Shown piece by piece: positions 53,684 to 63,325 of a stretch of DNA of 64,000 nucleotides. This stretch comes from Alphaproteobacteria bacterium (GTDB lineage: Bacteria > Pseudomonadota > Alphaproteobacteria > MPNO01 > UBA830). The notes under the pieces were generated by a model. The model saw only the letters and a program-made list of their open reading frames with translations. It did no database searches and had not been told where the DNA came from. Location: the NCBI GenBank assembly GCA_965243135.1, contig OZ251539.1:2176001-2240000 (forward strand). The letters are read 5' to 3'. Made by a program: the position numbers and the translations under genes. Numbering within the stretch: position 1 is the first letter of the stretch; each line of letters opens with the position of its first letter.

Positions 53684-56600
53684 TCAAGGCGCTTCTCCGG
53701 CAAGGCGGAATTCCACGACGACCGGAAAGACCTGCGCCTCGCCCGTCATCGAAAAGCGATTGGGCAGAACGCGGGCCAGAATTCGCTCGCGCTCCTTTTC
53801 GAGTTGTCCGCGCACCTCCTCGAAATTGCGTCGCCGCCGGGCGCGTTCCGCCTCCTTTTCCTCTATGGAACGGTCGATGCGTCCCAGGCGGTTCGCCTCG
53901 TCGAAGAGAGTTCCTTGGCGCTTCTCCTCCTTCAGCCTCTCGATCTCGCGTTCGAGTCTGGCGAGGGTGGTTTCCGCGATCAACGCCGAGACCTCGCCCT
54001 GACGGCTGCGGTAACGCTCGTCCTCCTCGCGCCGCGCGCGGTCTCCGTCGCGCTCCAATTGAGTTCGCAGGCCGGCGGTCAGCGATGCCGCATGCCGGCG
54101 AACGAAAGCTTTGAGCTCGGGTTCCACTTCGCAGAAAATTTCCTGGGCCCGCCGCTGCGGTTCCTCGCCCCGGGCAGGCTGCGCTCCGCGGAGTTCGCGG
54201 GCAGGGCAGTGCGGGAGGGGACCGCCGAGCGCGCCTCCGGTGACCGGAAAGCGTATCGTTCTCACCCAGTGGTGATAGGTTTCGCGCAGATCGTTGACGG
54301 CCAGTTCCTCCAGACTGAGAAGCACGGCGGCATCGACGCCCGCCGGCAGTTCTCCGATGCTTACCGTCCAGCGGGATACTTCGTCGCCGGTTCCCGGAAA
54401 CCGGCGGCGGCTGAGCGAAACGAGTGCTTTCTGCAGCATCGGGTGGGACAAGTGGATCAGGCGCGTGTCGGGACGCGGCGCGAAAATCTTCCGCCTGCCG
54501 GCATCTTCAAGAAAAGGTTCCACGCCGAAAGCCAGCCGTACCACCGGCCCCTTGCTCCTCCCGTCGCCCGTAGTCGCGCGCAGCGAGTCGTCGATAACGT
54601 CGCTCCATTCCGGCAGGCCGGGATTGACGATCCGGCAGGTGCCGTCATGGTCCGAGCGGTCGAGTTGCGGCCGGCCTGCGCGTATCGCCATCGCGGCTTC
54701 GAGGGTGTCGCGTACGGCGGCGGGGTCGAGATCCACCTCGGCGGCGACGTTGCGCAGATCCCGGATGCCCGCCTCCGCGCTTGCCGCATCGGTCGCAACG
54801 GCGGAATCGGCGTCGAGCGCGGCCCGACCGCGGGCCAGTTCGACGCTCCGCTCGAGATGGTGCTGGACCTGAACGAGTTCCTCGCCTTCGACCAGACGCC
54901 GATGCGCCGCTTCGTCGAACAGCTCGTTGACCGACCCCAGATCCTCGCGGATTTCGTCGGACTTGCGGATGACGTGCGCCAGAAACTGGAGATCCTGATC
55001 CTGGTCGCTGACGAAATGGTGAATCGTCACGTCGCGCGCCTGGCCGTGGCGGTCCAGCCGCCCGTTCCGCTGCTCCAGCCTGGACGGGTTCCAGGGACAG
55101 TCGTAGTGAAGCATGTACCGTGCGGTGCGCTGAAGGTTGAGGCCCTCGGCCGCCGCGTCCGTGGCGACGAGTATCCGCACCTCGCGGGAGGGATCGTTGA
55201 AGGCGGCCTTCACGAGGTCGCGCTGGAATTCGTCCATGCCGCCGAAGAGCGTGAGGATTCGTTCCTCCTGGTAGCGCTCGCGGAGGCGCCGCACTATGTA
55301 GTCGAGCGTCGTCTTGTACTCCGTGAAGACGACAAGCCGTTCGTCGTCGCGCCAGCCGCCGCCTCGCCGGAGCAACTTTTCCACGAGGCCGCACAAGGCG
55401 TCGAACCGGGCGTCTTCCGCCGGGTCGCGGTCTTCCGCGAGGCCCAGCCGGTCCACCGCGAGGTCGATCTCGTCGATCTCCCGCGCAAGCTCCGTTCCGA
55501 ACGACTTGAGCCATGCGCCGACCACGGTCGAGGCCGTGGACTCGCGCAACTGGGTCTCGCGGTCGTCGGGGATTTCCTGGTGCAGGGCGCGCGCTGCGGC
55601 TACCACTTCGCTGTCCGCCGCAGGCTGGGTCTGCTCCAGACCGTCCTTGCACCTGCGCCACGACTCGGCGAACGCAACGGGGCAACTGAGCAGCCGCTTG
55701 CCGAGAACTTCGATCGCGAAACTGCCCGACCGCCGCCGCGCATTCTCTCCGCGGGCGATCTGCGACCGCACCCCGGTCCGGAAAGCGGCGAACGCCCGGC
55801 TCACCGACGCTTCGGCAGGGGACAGACTCAGCTCGACCGCCCGCGGCGGCATGCGCGTGCAGAATTTGGGCGGATCGGTGCGGTCGTTGATCTCGCTCTT
55901 GAGGCGCCGGAGAACCACCTGCTTGATGCGCTCTTTCTGCGCGGGATTCAGTTCGCCGGTCTGGCTGAATCGCAGCGGATCCAGAATCTCCAGAAGCCCC
56001 GTGAAGGAACGCGTATGGCCGTTGTGCGGGGTGGCGCTGAGAAAGATGCGATGCTCGAATTGCGGAGCGACGAGGCGCAGCATGCGGCAAAGATCGCTGT
56101 CGTCGCCGAACGGCGAGGGCATGAGGTTGTGGCACTCGTCGACGATCAGGAGATCCCAGGGCAGATGCGGCGACCCCTCCGGCGTTCGGCAGGCGGCGAG
56201 GAATTGTTCGAGGACGTCGTCCTGCCGCAGGTAATGATAGGAGGAGATGATGCGGCTGTACGATCGCCAGGGATTGGCGTCGAGACCGAGCCGCTTTCGC
56301 AGCTTGTCGGTCTCGGAACGGTCGACGAGGTTGAAGTGAAGAGAGAACTTGTCCCACAGCTCGTCCCGCTGCCATTGCAGGCGCAGCGAAGCCGGCGTCA
56401 GCACCAGCACCCGCTGGATCCGCCGGCGGATCAGAAGTTCGCTCAGGATCAGACCGGCCTCGACGGTCTTCCCCAGGCCGACGTCGTCGGCGATGAGCAG
56501 GTTGACGCGCGGCATGCGCAACGCCTTGAGCAACGGCACGAGCTGGTAATCCTCGACCTGGATGGCCCCGTGGAACGGGCTCGACACCGGCAACCGGTCG

Positions 56601-56905
56601 ACCGGTCCTTCGCCGTCGAGGTACGGCATGGTCGCCGTCCATCGCGTCGCGCGCAAGAGCGCGTTGAAGTCGTCGGCCGGCATCGGATTATCCGCCACTT
56701 GCGGCAACGCGTTCGGTTTCAGAACGGAAGTACGGGCTTCCAGTTCCCAGACAAGCGTCTCGTCCCGAGGCAGATGATCGTCCTTGTATTCCACCTGGAC
56801 GAGGTGCAGGCGGCCCGAATCGCCATCGAACGGCTCCACGCTCGCGATAATGCCGCGGCGATTTCTGACCGTCGCCACGGCGCCGACGAACGGATTATCG
56901 GTCAC
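53684..56905 (-). CDS. drmD: SNF2-family helicase (DISARM DrmD-like), intact
   Basis: EDYQLVPL, LLIADDVGLGKTVEAG, DECH, LSATPHNG, ATDAAAEGLNLQ, PWNPSRLEQRNGRLDRHGQ; TTGA overlap with methylase start. Confidence 0.85.
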   Translation of the reverse strand: MTDNPFVGAVATVRNRRGIIASVEPFDGDSGRLHLVQVEYKDDHLPRDETLVWELEARTSVLKPNALPQVADNPMPADDFNALLRATRWTATMPYLDGEGPVDRLPVSSPFHGAIQVEDYQLVPLLKALRMPRVNLLIADDVGLGKTVEAGLILSELLIRRRIQRVLVLTPASLRLQWQRDELWDKFSLHFNLVDRSETDKLRKRLGLDANPWRSYSRIISSYHYLRQDDVLEQFLAACRTPEGSPHLPWDLLIVDECHNLMPSPFGDDSDLCRMLRLVAPQFEHRIFLSATPHNGHTRSFTGLLEILDPLRFSQTGELNPAQKERIKQVVLRRLKSEINDRTDPPKFCTRMPPRAVELSLSPAEASVSRAFAAFRTGVRSQIARGENARRRSGSFAIEVLGKRLLSCPVAFAESWRRCKDGLEQTQPAADSEVVAAARALHQEIPDDRETQLRESTASTVVGAWLKSFGTELAREIDEIDLAVDRLGLAEDRDPAEDARFDALCGLVEKLLRRGGGWRDDERLVVFTEYKTTLDYIVRRLRERYQEERILTLFGGMDEFQRDLVKAAFNDPSREVRILVATDAAAEGLNLQRTARYMLHYDCPWNPSRLEQRNGRLDRHGQARDVTIHHFVSDQDQDLQFLAHVIRKSDEIREDLGSVNELFDEAAHRRLVEGEELVQVQHHLERSVELARGRAALDADSAVATDAASAEAGIRDLRNVAAEVDLDPAAVRDTLEAAMAIRAGRPQLDRSDHDGTCRIVNPGLPEWSDVIDDSLRATTGDGRSKGPVVRLAFGVEPFLEDAGRRKIFAPRPDTRLIHLSHPMLQKALVSLSRRRFPGTGDEVSRWTVSIGELPAGVDAAVLLSLEELAVNDLRETYHHWVRTIRFPVTGGALGGPLPHCPARELRGAQPARGEEPQRRAQEIFCEVEPELKAFVRRHAASLTAGLRTQLERDGDRARREEDERYRSRQGEVSALIAETTLARLEREIERLKEEKRQGTLFDEANRLGRIDRSIEEKEAERARRRRNFEEVRGQLEKERERILARVLPNRFSMTGEAQVFPVVVEFRLAGEAP

Positions 56906-57077
56906 GGTGCCGGTTCTTCATGCTTCCATAGCCTTGCGAATCTGCAAAACGGCCCCTCCACGGTTGCAGGATAGTCGCGGCAGGCAAGCGTTCAAGGGGG
57001 GCAAAATGCCGAACCTGTGCACGTTATCCCGCGCCGCATTCCTTGCAGGCGCTCCGAACGGCGCGCATCGCGGCCGT

Positions 57078-58710
57078 TCAGGTGACCCTCGTCGGCAGAT
57101 GCTCCGGCAGTCCCCCCACGATTACTTCCTCGTCCTCGTCGTCCCAGAAGAAGTACAGGCGGAAGCCGTAACGCGAATTCCGTGCGCTGCTGCCCTTCAG
57201 GTGTCGATCCAGCTCTCGTTTCTTTCCCTTGTGCGTGAGGAAATAACTGTCCCCGTGTTCGCCGGACCTGTCCCCCGAGAATGTTCGTTGCTCCTGAATT
57301 CCTTCCGTCGCCAGCGCTTCCAGGTAGGCCTCCCTGAGTTCGTTGCCTCCTTCGCGGCGCATCGGCACGTAGTGATCTCGCAGAATGAGCAGTGCGCGGT
57401 ACGCCAGCGGCGCGTCTTTGAATGGGGATTTCTTCGCCCCCCGCTCGGCTGCTTGACGCTGCCCGCGAGGTGCCTGGTCGACCACTGCTGCAAATCTTCG
57501 AAAGTGTCCGGAATTTCGTCTTCGACCCGCTCGCCATGCGCCTTCCGGCCCTCCAGATACGCGATTCGCGATTTCAGACCCCAGTTTTCTTCCCTTGCCG
57601 CTTGTAGCTCCACGCGCAATTGGCGCGACTCGCTGTCGACGGTTTCGAACAGATACTCCTGCTTTTCCCGGTTGAGATCGTCGATTTCCGCCTGATACAA
57701 TGCGAGAAGATCCTGTTCGGACTTCACGGTTGCGGCTTCCGCCTGCTTTCGCAGCTTCTGGGCGGCTTTCTTGACCTCGACATAGGGCGGAAGCTGACGT
57801 CTCCAATCCTGCCGGTCGACGGTTCCGCGGAGGCAGTTCGTAACGAGAAAATTCGCGAATTCCGACGGCCCCCCAGGCCAGTCCGATATCCGGGCGCCGA
57901 GCGCAAGCGGATGTTCATGACGCCGCGCGCTGTCCGGGTCGAAACCCGGCCTGTAGGTCCGAACGGCCTGCCGGAAAACTGAAAGCTCCTTTCCGACCGG
58001 TCAGAGCGTAAGTGCCTGTTGCCGTGACGACGACGACATGCGCAGCGCCGACCGTCCGCTACGGACTCCGCCGGAATCAGGGCGGTGCCGGGATTTTCGT
58101 TGTTTTCGGCGGTCGTGATGGCGACGACATCCTGTCGGCGGTCAGGGCTCCGCATCAGGTCGAGAAGCCGGACCGCCTCTTCCGACGTGTCGATCAACCA
58201 TGGCTCCCGGCGGCCTGCCGTCGACGACGCCGCCGAAGTTGTCCACGACTTGTTTCACGAACCCCGGAATGGTCGGAAGATATTTCGGATTTCTTTCCAT
58301 CCGCGCTACGCAGGTGACGCGCACGCCGAACTTGATCGCGTCGTCCCGTTTGGCGATCGCGGTTTCCGTGACCCAGGAACGCTCGGCGACGCTTTTGTCG
58401 GCAGCGTCCAGCCGCGCCGCCCAATCATCTTCGAGAAATGTCGCTTCCGTTCGTTGCGAACCGACATCCGCGAGTTCGAAGCTGTCGCCCCGCCACGCCT
58501 CCGGCGGCAAGCCGGCACGGTTCTTCATCCACAGCAACACCTCCTGGCGTATTCCGTCGAACGCCTTGTCGAGATCGCCAGCGTGAATCTCCATCGTCAC
58601 TTGGCTGACGGGTTCGACCCGCGATCGTTGCAATCGTGGAAGCATCGGCGCCAACTGGGCGGCGAGAGACCCGTTTGTCTGTCGAACTGGTCCTTTTTTC
58701 GCAGCATATC
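57078..58710 (-). pseudogene. multi-frameshifted ~530-aa protein with coiled coil and C-terminal RelE-like nuclease motif
   Basis: Pieces in ORFs 58142-59692, 57724-58197, 57197-57727 and 57078-57806 read as one protein ending HLKG..RLYFFWD..VIVG.LPEHL. Confidence 0.6.
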
Positions 58711-58869
58711 CGCTGCCCGAGTCTGCACCGATAGTCATTGCGCCGGGCGTCCACGCAGCCGCAGGCGTGCAAGAGGAGTTCCGGCCAGGCGCCCCTCGCC
58801 TGCGAACGTTGGTCCAGCGGGAGCCTTCAGGCGTTGGGCGGCGGCGTAACCGATACCGGCTCAGGCGGC

Positions 58870-60600
58870 TTTTCCATGATCGACGAACGCGGCCACGAGG
58901 CATTCGGCCATGCGGCGTGTCGCCCGTCCGCTGTCGTGGTTGAAGCGGCCCCTTGCCAGCCATGTCGTCGACAGGGACAACGAGAGTCCTCCAACGCCGC
59001 GCAGGCCACGGCGCTCGGGCCGGGATCCAATCGCTGCGCTCCACGCTGTCGCCATTCTCGCCAGCAGAGAACATGGTCCTTCCGCTCCCGCGTTTCGGGC
59101 GTTTCCGGTTTTTGCTTCGACTTCGGACAAATTTTCCACATTTCTGCAAGCTGTTCCAGCGAAGAGGCGTCTGCGCCGTGCCATTCTTGTCGGCTGCCGT
59201 CCGCTCGGCACCCCGCTCCGGCCGCCTGTCGGCAGGCGGAGGACTGCGAAACGAAAACGGATATCGGGTTGCCCCGGCGCCGCGCGGCAAACCCGGGGCG
59301 AGCCGGGCCGTGACGCGGACGATTTGCGAAAAAAGAAAATGGAAATCCGCAACTTCCGACGGAAGGTTCCGAACTGGCCGACCTGATACTGCGATGCTCC
59401 TCGTGCATGGCGAGCAGGCGATGGACGGGATATTCAGCGTCCAGACATGGCAGGACTTCAGTTGTCGCGGAAAGCGTTTCTGGCTTGCGGGACCGGACGA
59501 GGATTGCGACGCTCGCCCGCGAGCCCCGCAGCGCGGCGCGTCGAACCTGTATTTCCCCGTTGTCGAGTCCGCCCTCAGCATTCCGCCGTGAACGGGCCGG
59601 ATCCAGCAAGCCCTTGGAACCTGCTGGATGTCGAAGCTCAGGCAGAGGAACAGCCAACCATCGTTCGCGCTCTGGCCAGAACGGACCTGCAATCGGCGCT
59701 GGCCGAGCTGAATCTGAACGTCAACGATCTGAACCGAGAGATCGGGAACCGGCTTGAAATCTACGGCGACGACGCGACTCTGGATATACGCGGCGAGGGG
59801 TATCGCCAGCTGTCCTCAGGCATGGCCGCGCCCGAAGCCGAGGACTTCGAGGTTCGAAACGTAACGATTCCCGAACGGCTCCGCCCGTTCTTCGCTCGCG
59901 TAGGGCGCGTCGCAAGATTGCGCGAAGTGCGGGCATTGCATGGCTTTACAAGAACCTCCGGATGCCGAAGACGGTCCCGGAGTCTCTCCGCTTTCAGCCG
60001 ATCCCGGGGAATGGCTCCCGGCGCTCGAGGTTCGTGGCAAGGGGAAATTTCTTGCCTCAACCAGAAATCCCTGCGGTTTTGGGAAAAACGGGATTGCGTG
60101 ATTGGAGCGCGTCCGCAGAATCGACGATGCATGGAAGCGCGGATGGAGGGAGCGCCACGGGGAGAGCAGGCCTTTCCGGAACGTCATGCCCCGCTTCCTC
60201 ATGGCCCACACGTTTTCCCGCGCGCTCATGAGGCAACTCACGCTTGAAAGCGGTTACTCGACGGCCGCGGGAGCGCCTGCATGTGGGACAAGACCAGGAA
60301 GGAATGGCTGGCGTGCCGGTCTACACCGCGATTTCCGGTTCGGACGGAACGCTCGGCGGATTGCAGCGGCAGGGAAAACCTTGGCCCGAGAAACGTGCGG
60401 TCGTGGCCGGGCGACGGAATGACCCTCTGCGTATCGAGGGGGCCGCCGCCGACAGGCTTTCTCTGGCGGTGCGCCATGTCTTTGCGATGGGTGCCTGAAA
60501 CGGTCTGCGAGGAATAGCCGGTTTCTCGATCTGTCGACGCTCGCAGGGCTGCCCGACAATCCTGAAGCAAGGTTCTTTTCCGCTGGCCTTTCAAGCTTGA
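58870..60600 (+). pseudogene. heavily degraded DrmB-like DUF1998 gene
   Basis: MIDERGH, QRGASNLYFPVVESALSIPP, LREVRALHGFTR, WLPALEVRG, HTFSRALMRQLTLESGYST, YTA.SGSDGTLGGL, PETVCEE..RFLD across shifting frames. Confidence 0.8.
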
Positions 60601-60672
60601 AATGCGACAGTTGGCGCACGGCATGGCGGCGACCGCTTTCGCGCCGTCGCTGTAGGCGGTTCCTGCCGTCCG

Positions 60673-61851
60673 TTATGCGATTTTCGGCCAATCGAGCTTG
60701 TCGAGTTCGGGTTGCGGTATCTTTCCGTGCGTTCTGAATGCCTTTTGAAGCCGTTTTTCAAGCCAGCGCAGTCCACGGGTGGATAGCCATACGGCTGGCT
60801 GCTGCCTGTAGGCAAGTCGCGGGTTGGTGTTGCCGTCGCCGCGAGCCGCATTGCGCTGCGTCGAAGCGAACGAATCGGAATCGAGGTTTTTCATCAGTCG
60901 CTTCAGGGAGACGCAGTTCTTCAGAGTGCCCGCGAGGAATTCGGCGTGATGAACGCGGATATACGCAGGAAAGTCCTTTTTCCATCTGCGCTTGCTGATT
61001 TCTTCCTGCGTTGCGGTGTCCCGGTCGTGATCGTGCGCCATCGCAATGGCGCGTCCGTAGATTCGTATGTCGTGTGCGGAGCCTTTCGTAAATGCGCCGA
61101 TGAAAACGACATCGCCGTCTTTGACTTTCCGCGGCCGCTTGTTTTTCGGATAGCAGACGGCCCAATGGGTTCCCGAATCTTCAAGCAGATCGAAAATCGG
61201 GACGGTCAGCGAGAACCGGGAACGGCTCGTGCCCACGAACTTCACGAAAGCTCGGGCGGGGTTCGCCTGGCCGCCAAGCACCGGTCCCGCTTGGCCGCGG
61301 CTCAACGGTATCCCATGGTCTGGGAGGTCGTTTCCTGAGCCGGGCCGTCCGCGAGCCATGCGATGGCGCTCGACTTCCTCGCTCCAGTCATCGATTTTCT
61401 TGATCGTGAGATCGCGGCCTCCGGCTTGCGCGACATCGCTCCACAACTTCTCGAAATACGCCCCGCACGCGGCGACGATGCCGGAATCCTTAGTGATCAG
61501 GCCGAACTCGCGATTGCGCGTGAGCGCGGCTTCGGTCAGGTTCGCGGAGGTGACTATGCCTTTGTTCCCGCCGAACAGGTAAAGCTTGGCATGCAGATTC
61601 CGTACTCCCCTTACGGCGGCGCCTCGCTTAAGCAGTTCGCGCAAGGCATCAAGGTCGCTGACTCCTTCGAAAAAATCGGAGAGACTGAAGCGGGTGACGA
61701 CCCGAATCGATTTCTGGTTGGATGGAAAGAGACGCTTGACGGTCGATGACTTGATGAATGGGCAAACGATGCGGATTTCCCTGCGATTTCGTTTGAAGGC
61801 GGTGCGCAATTCGCGCTCCCATCCTTTGTCCACCAGACGGTTCGTGTTCAT
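60673..61851 (-). CDS. phospholipase D (HKD)-family nuclease with extra C-terminal domain
   Basis: ATG 61851 with GGAG RBS; IVCPFIK, LHAKLYLF...TSANLT..N.EFG; 392 aa. Confidence 0.85.
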   Translation of the reverse strand: MNTNRLVDKGWERELRTAFKRNRREIRIVCPFIKSSTVKRLFPSNQKSIRVVTRFSLSDFFEGVSDLDALRELLKRGAAVRGVRNLHAKLYLFGGNKGIVTSANLTEAALTRNREFGLITKDSGIVAACGAYFEKLWSDVAQAGGRDLTIKKIDDWSEEVERHRMARGRPGSGNDLPDHGIPLSRGQAGPVLGGQANPARAFVKFVGTSRSRFSLTVPIFDLLEDSGTHWAVCYPKNKRPRKVKDGDVVFIGAFTKGSAHDIRIYGRAIAMAHDHDRDTATQEEISKRRWKKDFPAYIRVHHAEFLAGTLKNCVSLKRLMKNLDSDSFASTQRNAARGDGNTNPRLAYRQQPAVWLSTRGLRWLEKRLQKAFRTHGKIPQPELDKLDWPKIA

Positions 61852-62468
61852 TTCATCGCTCCATGAACGGATTTTCTGCGTATCGGTGCGGCGCAAGCGC
61901 ATTCGCGAGCACGCGGCCCTCGCCGGCACGGCCTCGGAGATCGACAGCCGGTCCAGTACGCGGCTAACCTCTTTGCACGCGCTCTCCCGGTCGCTCGGCA
62001 TTCTGGCCTCCGCCTCTGCGGCCGCTTCGAAATGCGCCGCCACCCGCTCGACCTGATCGGCGTCGCGTTCCCAAGCCGCATAACGCTTGTTCAGGACCGC
62101 ATCGAGTTGTTCCGCGGATACCGTCCGGGCGATCCACCGGACTTTTCCTTTGGAGATTTCCATGTGCGTGCCTGGGTTGCGGAGACTGTTCATCAACCCC
62201 GATTTCGGAACGCCTTCGGGTTCTCCGCCGCGACCCAGGCTTTCCGTCGCCGAGCGGCCTGAGCCTCCTGCTGCCCCTTGCCGCTGCCGTGCCGCTTGCG
62301 CTCGACGGCGATAACCCGCTTGTTCCCTCGGCGTCATGGCGTTCGCCTCCTGTGCGCTCTCCGCCTCGGCGTTGCATGCCTCGCGCAGTTGTTCGGAACG
62401 CCTCACGTTCGCGCTGCATTCGGGAGTCTTGGTGATTCCACGTAAGCGTTCGGTCGTGGGGTGACGGT

Positions 62469-63325
62469 CTATTTGTTGAGGCTCTTCCTCCAGTCCCGCC
62501 GCAGGGGCTTCAGCCAGATGTCCTTGACCGGGAGAGCACGTTCTTTCCGGGTATCGAGCTTGCCGCGGCCCTGCGTTTTGCCGACCTTGATCCAGTTGGC
62601 GGCCCGGTAGCAACTTCCTTCGAAGCGCAGCGCCTCGCAGAAGGTCTCGAGCAGGACCGGACGCAATGCGTAGCGGCGCTCCCAGTCGTCCGGCAGCCGT
62701 CGTTCGATCAGAGCGAGGGGACGCGAGATTTTTGATCCGAACCCAGGGCAAGATCAAGAACCGGGCATTGTTGACTGCCAGCGGCAGATTGCGGCGGCGG
62801 GTCTCGGGGTTCCACGAGTTCGTCCCTGGGCGCGATCTTCCAGGCCGCGGCGCCGAAGCCGAGGACGGCGAGGGGTTCGCCGCCAGCTGCCCGGACCAAG
62901 TATCGCATTTGCGCGCCGGGCAGCGTGGAGTAGCCAAGATAGTGGTAGCGAGCGACGAACTCGTTCCAGAGGCGGCCTTCGCCCGCGTTCCGGACAGGCT
63001 CCACGGCGACGGGCTGGACATCGGCGAGACGTTCGGGGACCAGGAACAGGGGCCTGTCGGTCGCGGGGCCGGGCACGATCGGACGGCGTACGGTCGGCGT
63101 TTGCCTTGGCGGCGGCAGGACGATCACGCCGTCGCGATGCATGCGCAACATGGCCACCCGCGCGCTCATATCCTTCAGGCCGCCGTCGGGCTTGCGCCAG
63201 TCGAGGAGCCGGCAGACCTCCCGCGACAGCGCCCTGCGGCTGAGGCTGCCCCTCAGGGAGCGGATCATGTCGATCTCGTCCTCGGAGAAGTCGCGCCCGC
63301 AGTAGCGGCAAGGGCCGCCGCTCAC
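62469..63325 (-). pseudogene. DUF4338 (DruA-like) protein, frameshifted
   Basis: YCGRDF, VCRLLDWRKPDG.LK, WNEFVARYHYLG, GAQMRYL, NNARFLILPWV, LLETF, GSCYRAANW..VG.TQGRG. Confidence 0.8.

Larger units (their letters stand above)
48420..53687 (-). pseudogene. Eco57I/type IIG-like N6-adenine methyltransferase (DrmMI-like); frameshift at G16 tract and MITE insertion
   Basis: VTNGRQWRL, IGILYEGLL, GSFYT, DPACGSGSF, NPPW; three ORF pieces join into ~1673 aa after repairing two lesions. Confidence 0.9.

Noticed and set aside
60673-63021. 782-aa ORF suggesting a DUF4338-PLD fusion
   Set aside because: It reads across the IS66 end through low-complexity sequence in mixed frames; the PLD gene has its own RBS and ATG at 61851.
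41354-63325. Calling a complete canonical DISARM or Druantia system from drmD, MTase, DUF1998, PLD and DUF4338
   Set aside because: The parts lie on different strands and in different decay states, no separate drmA is present, the PLD architecture differs from DrmC, and DUF4338 sits inside an IS.
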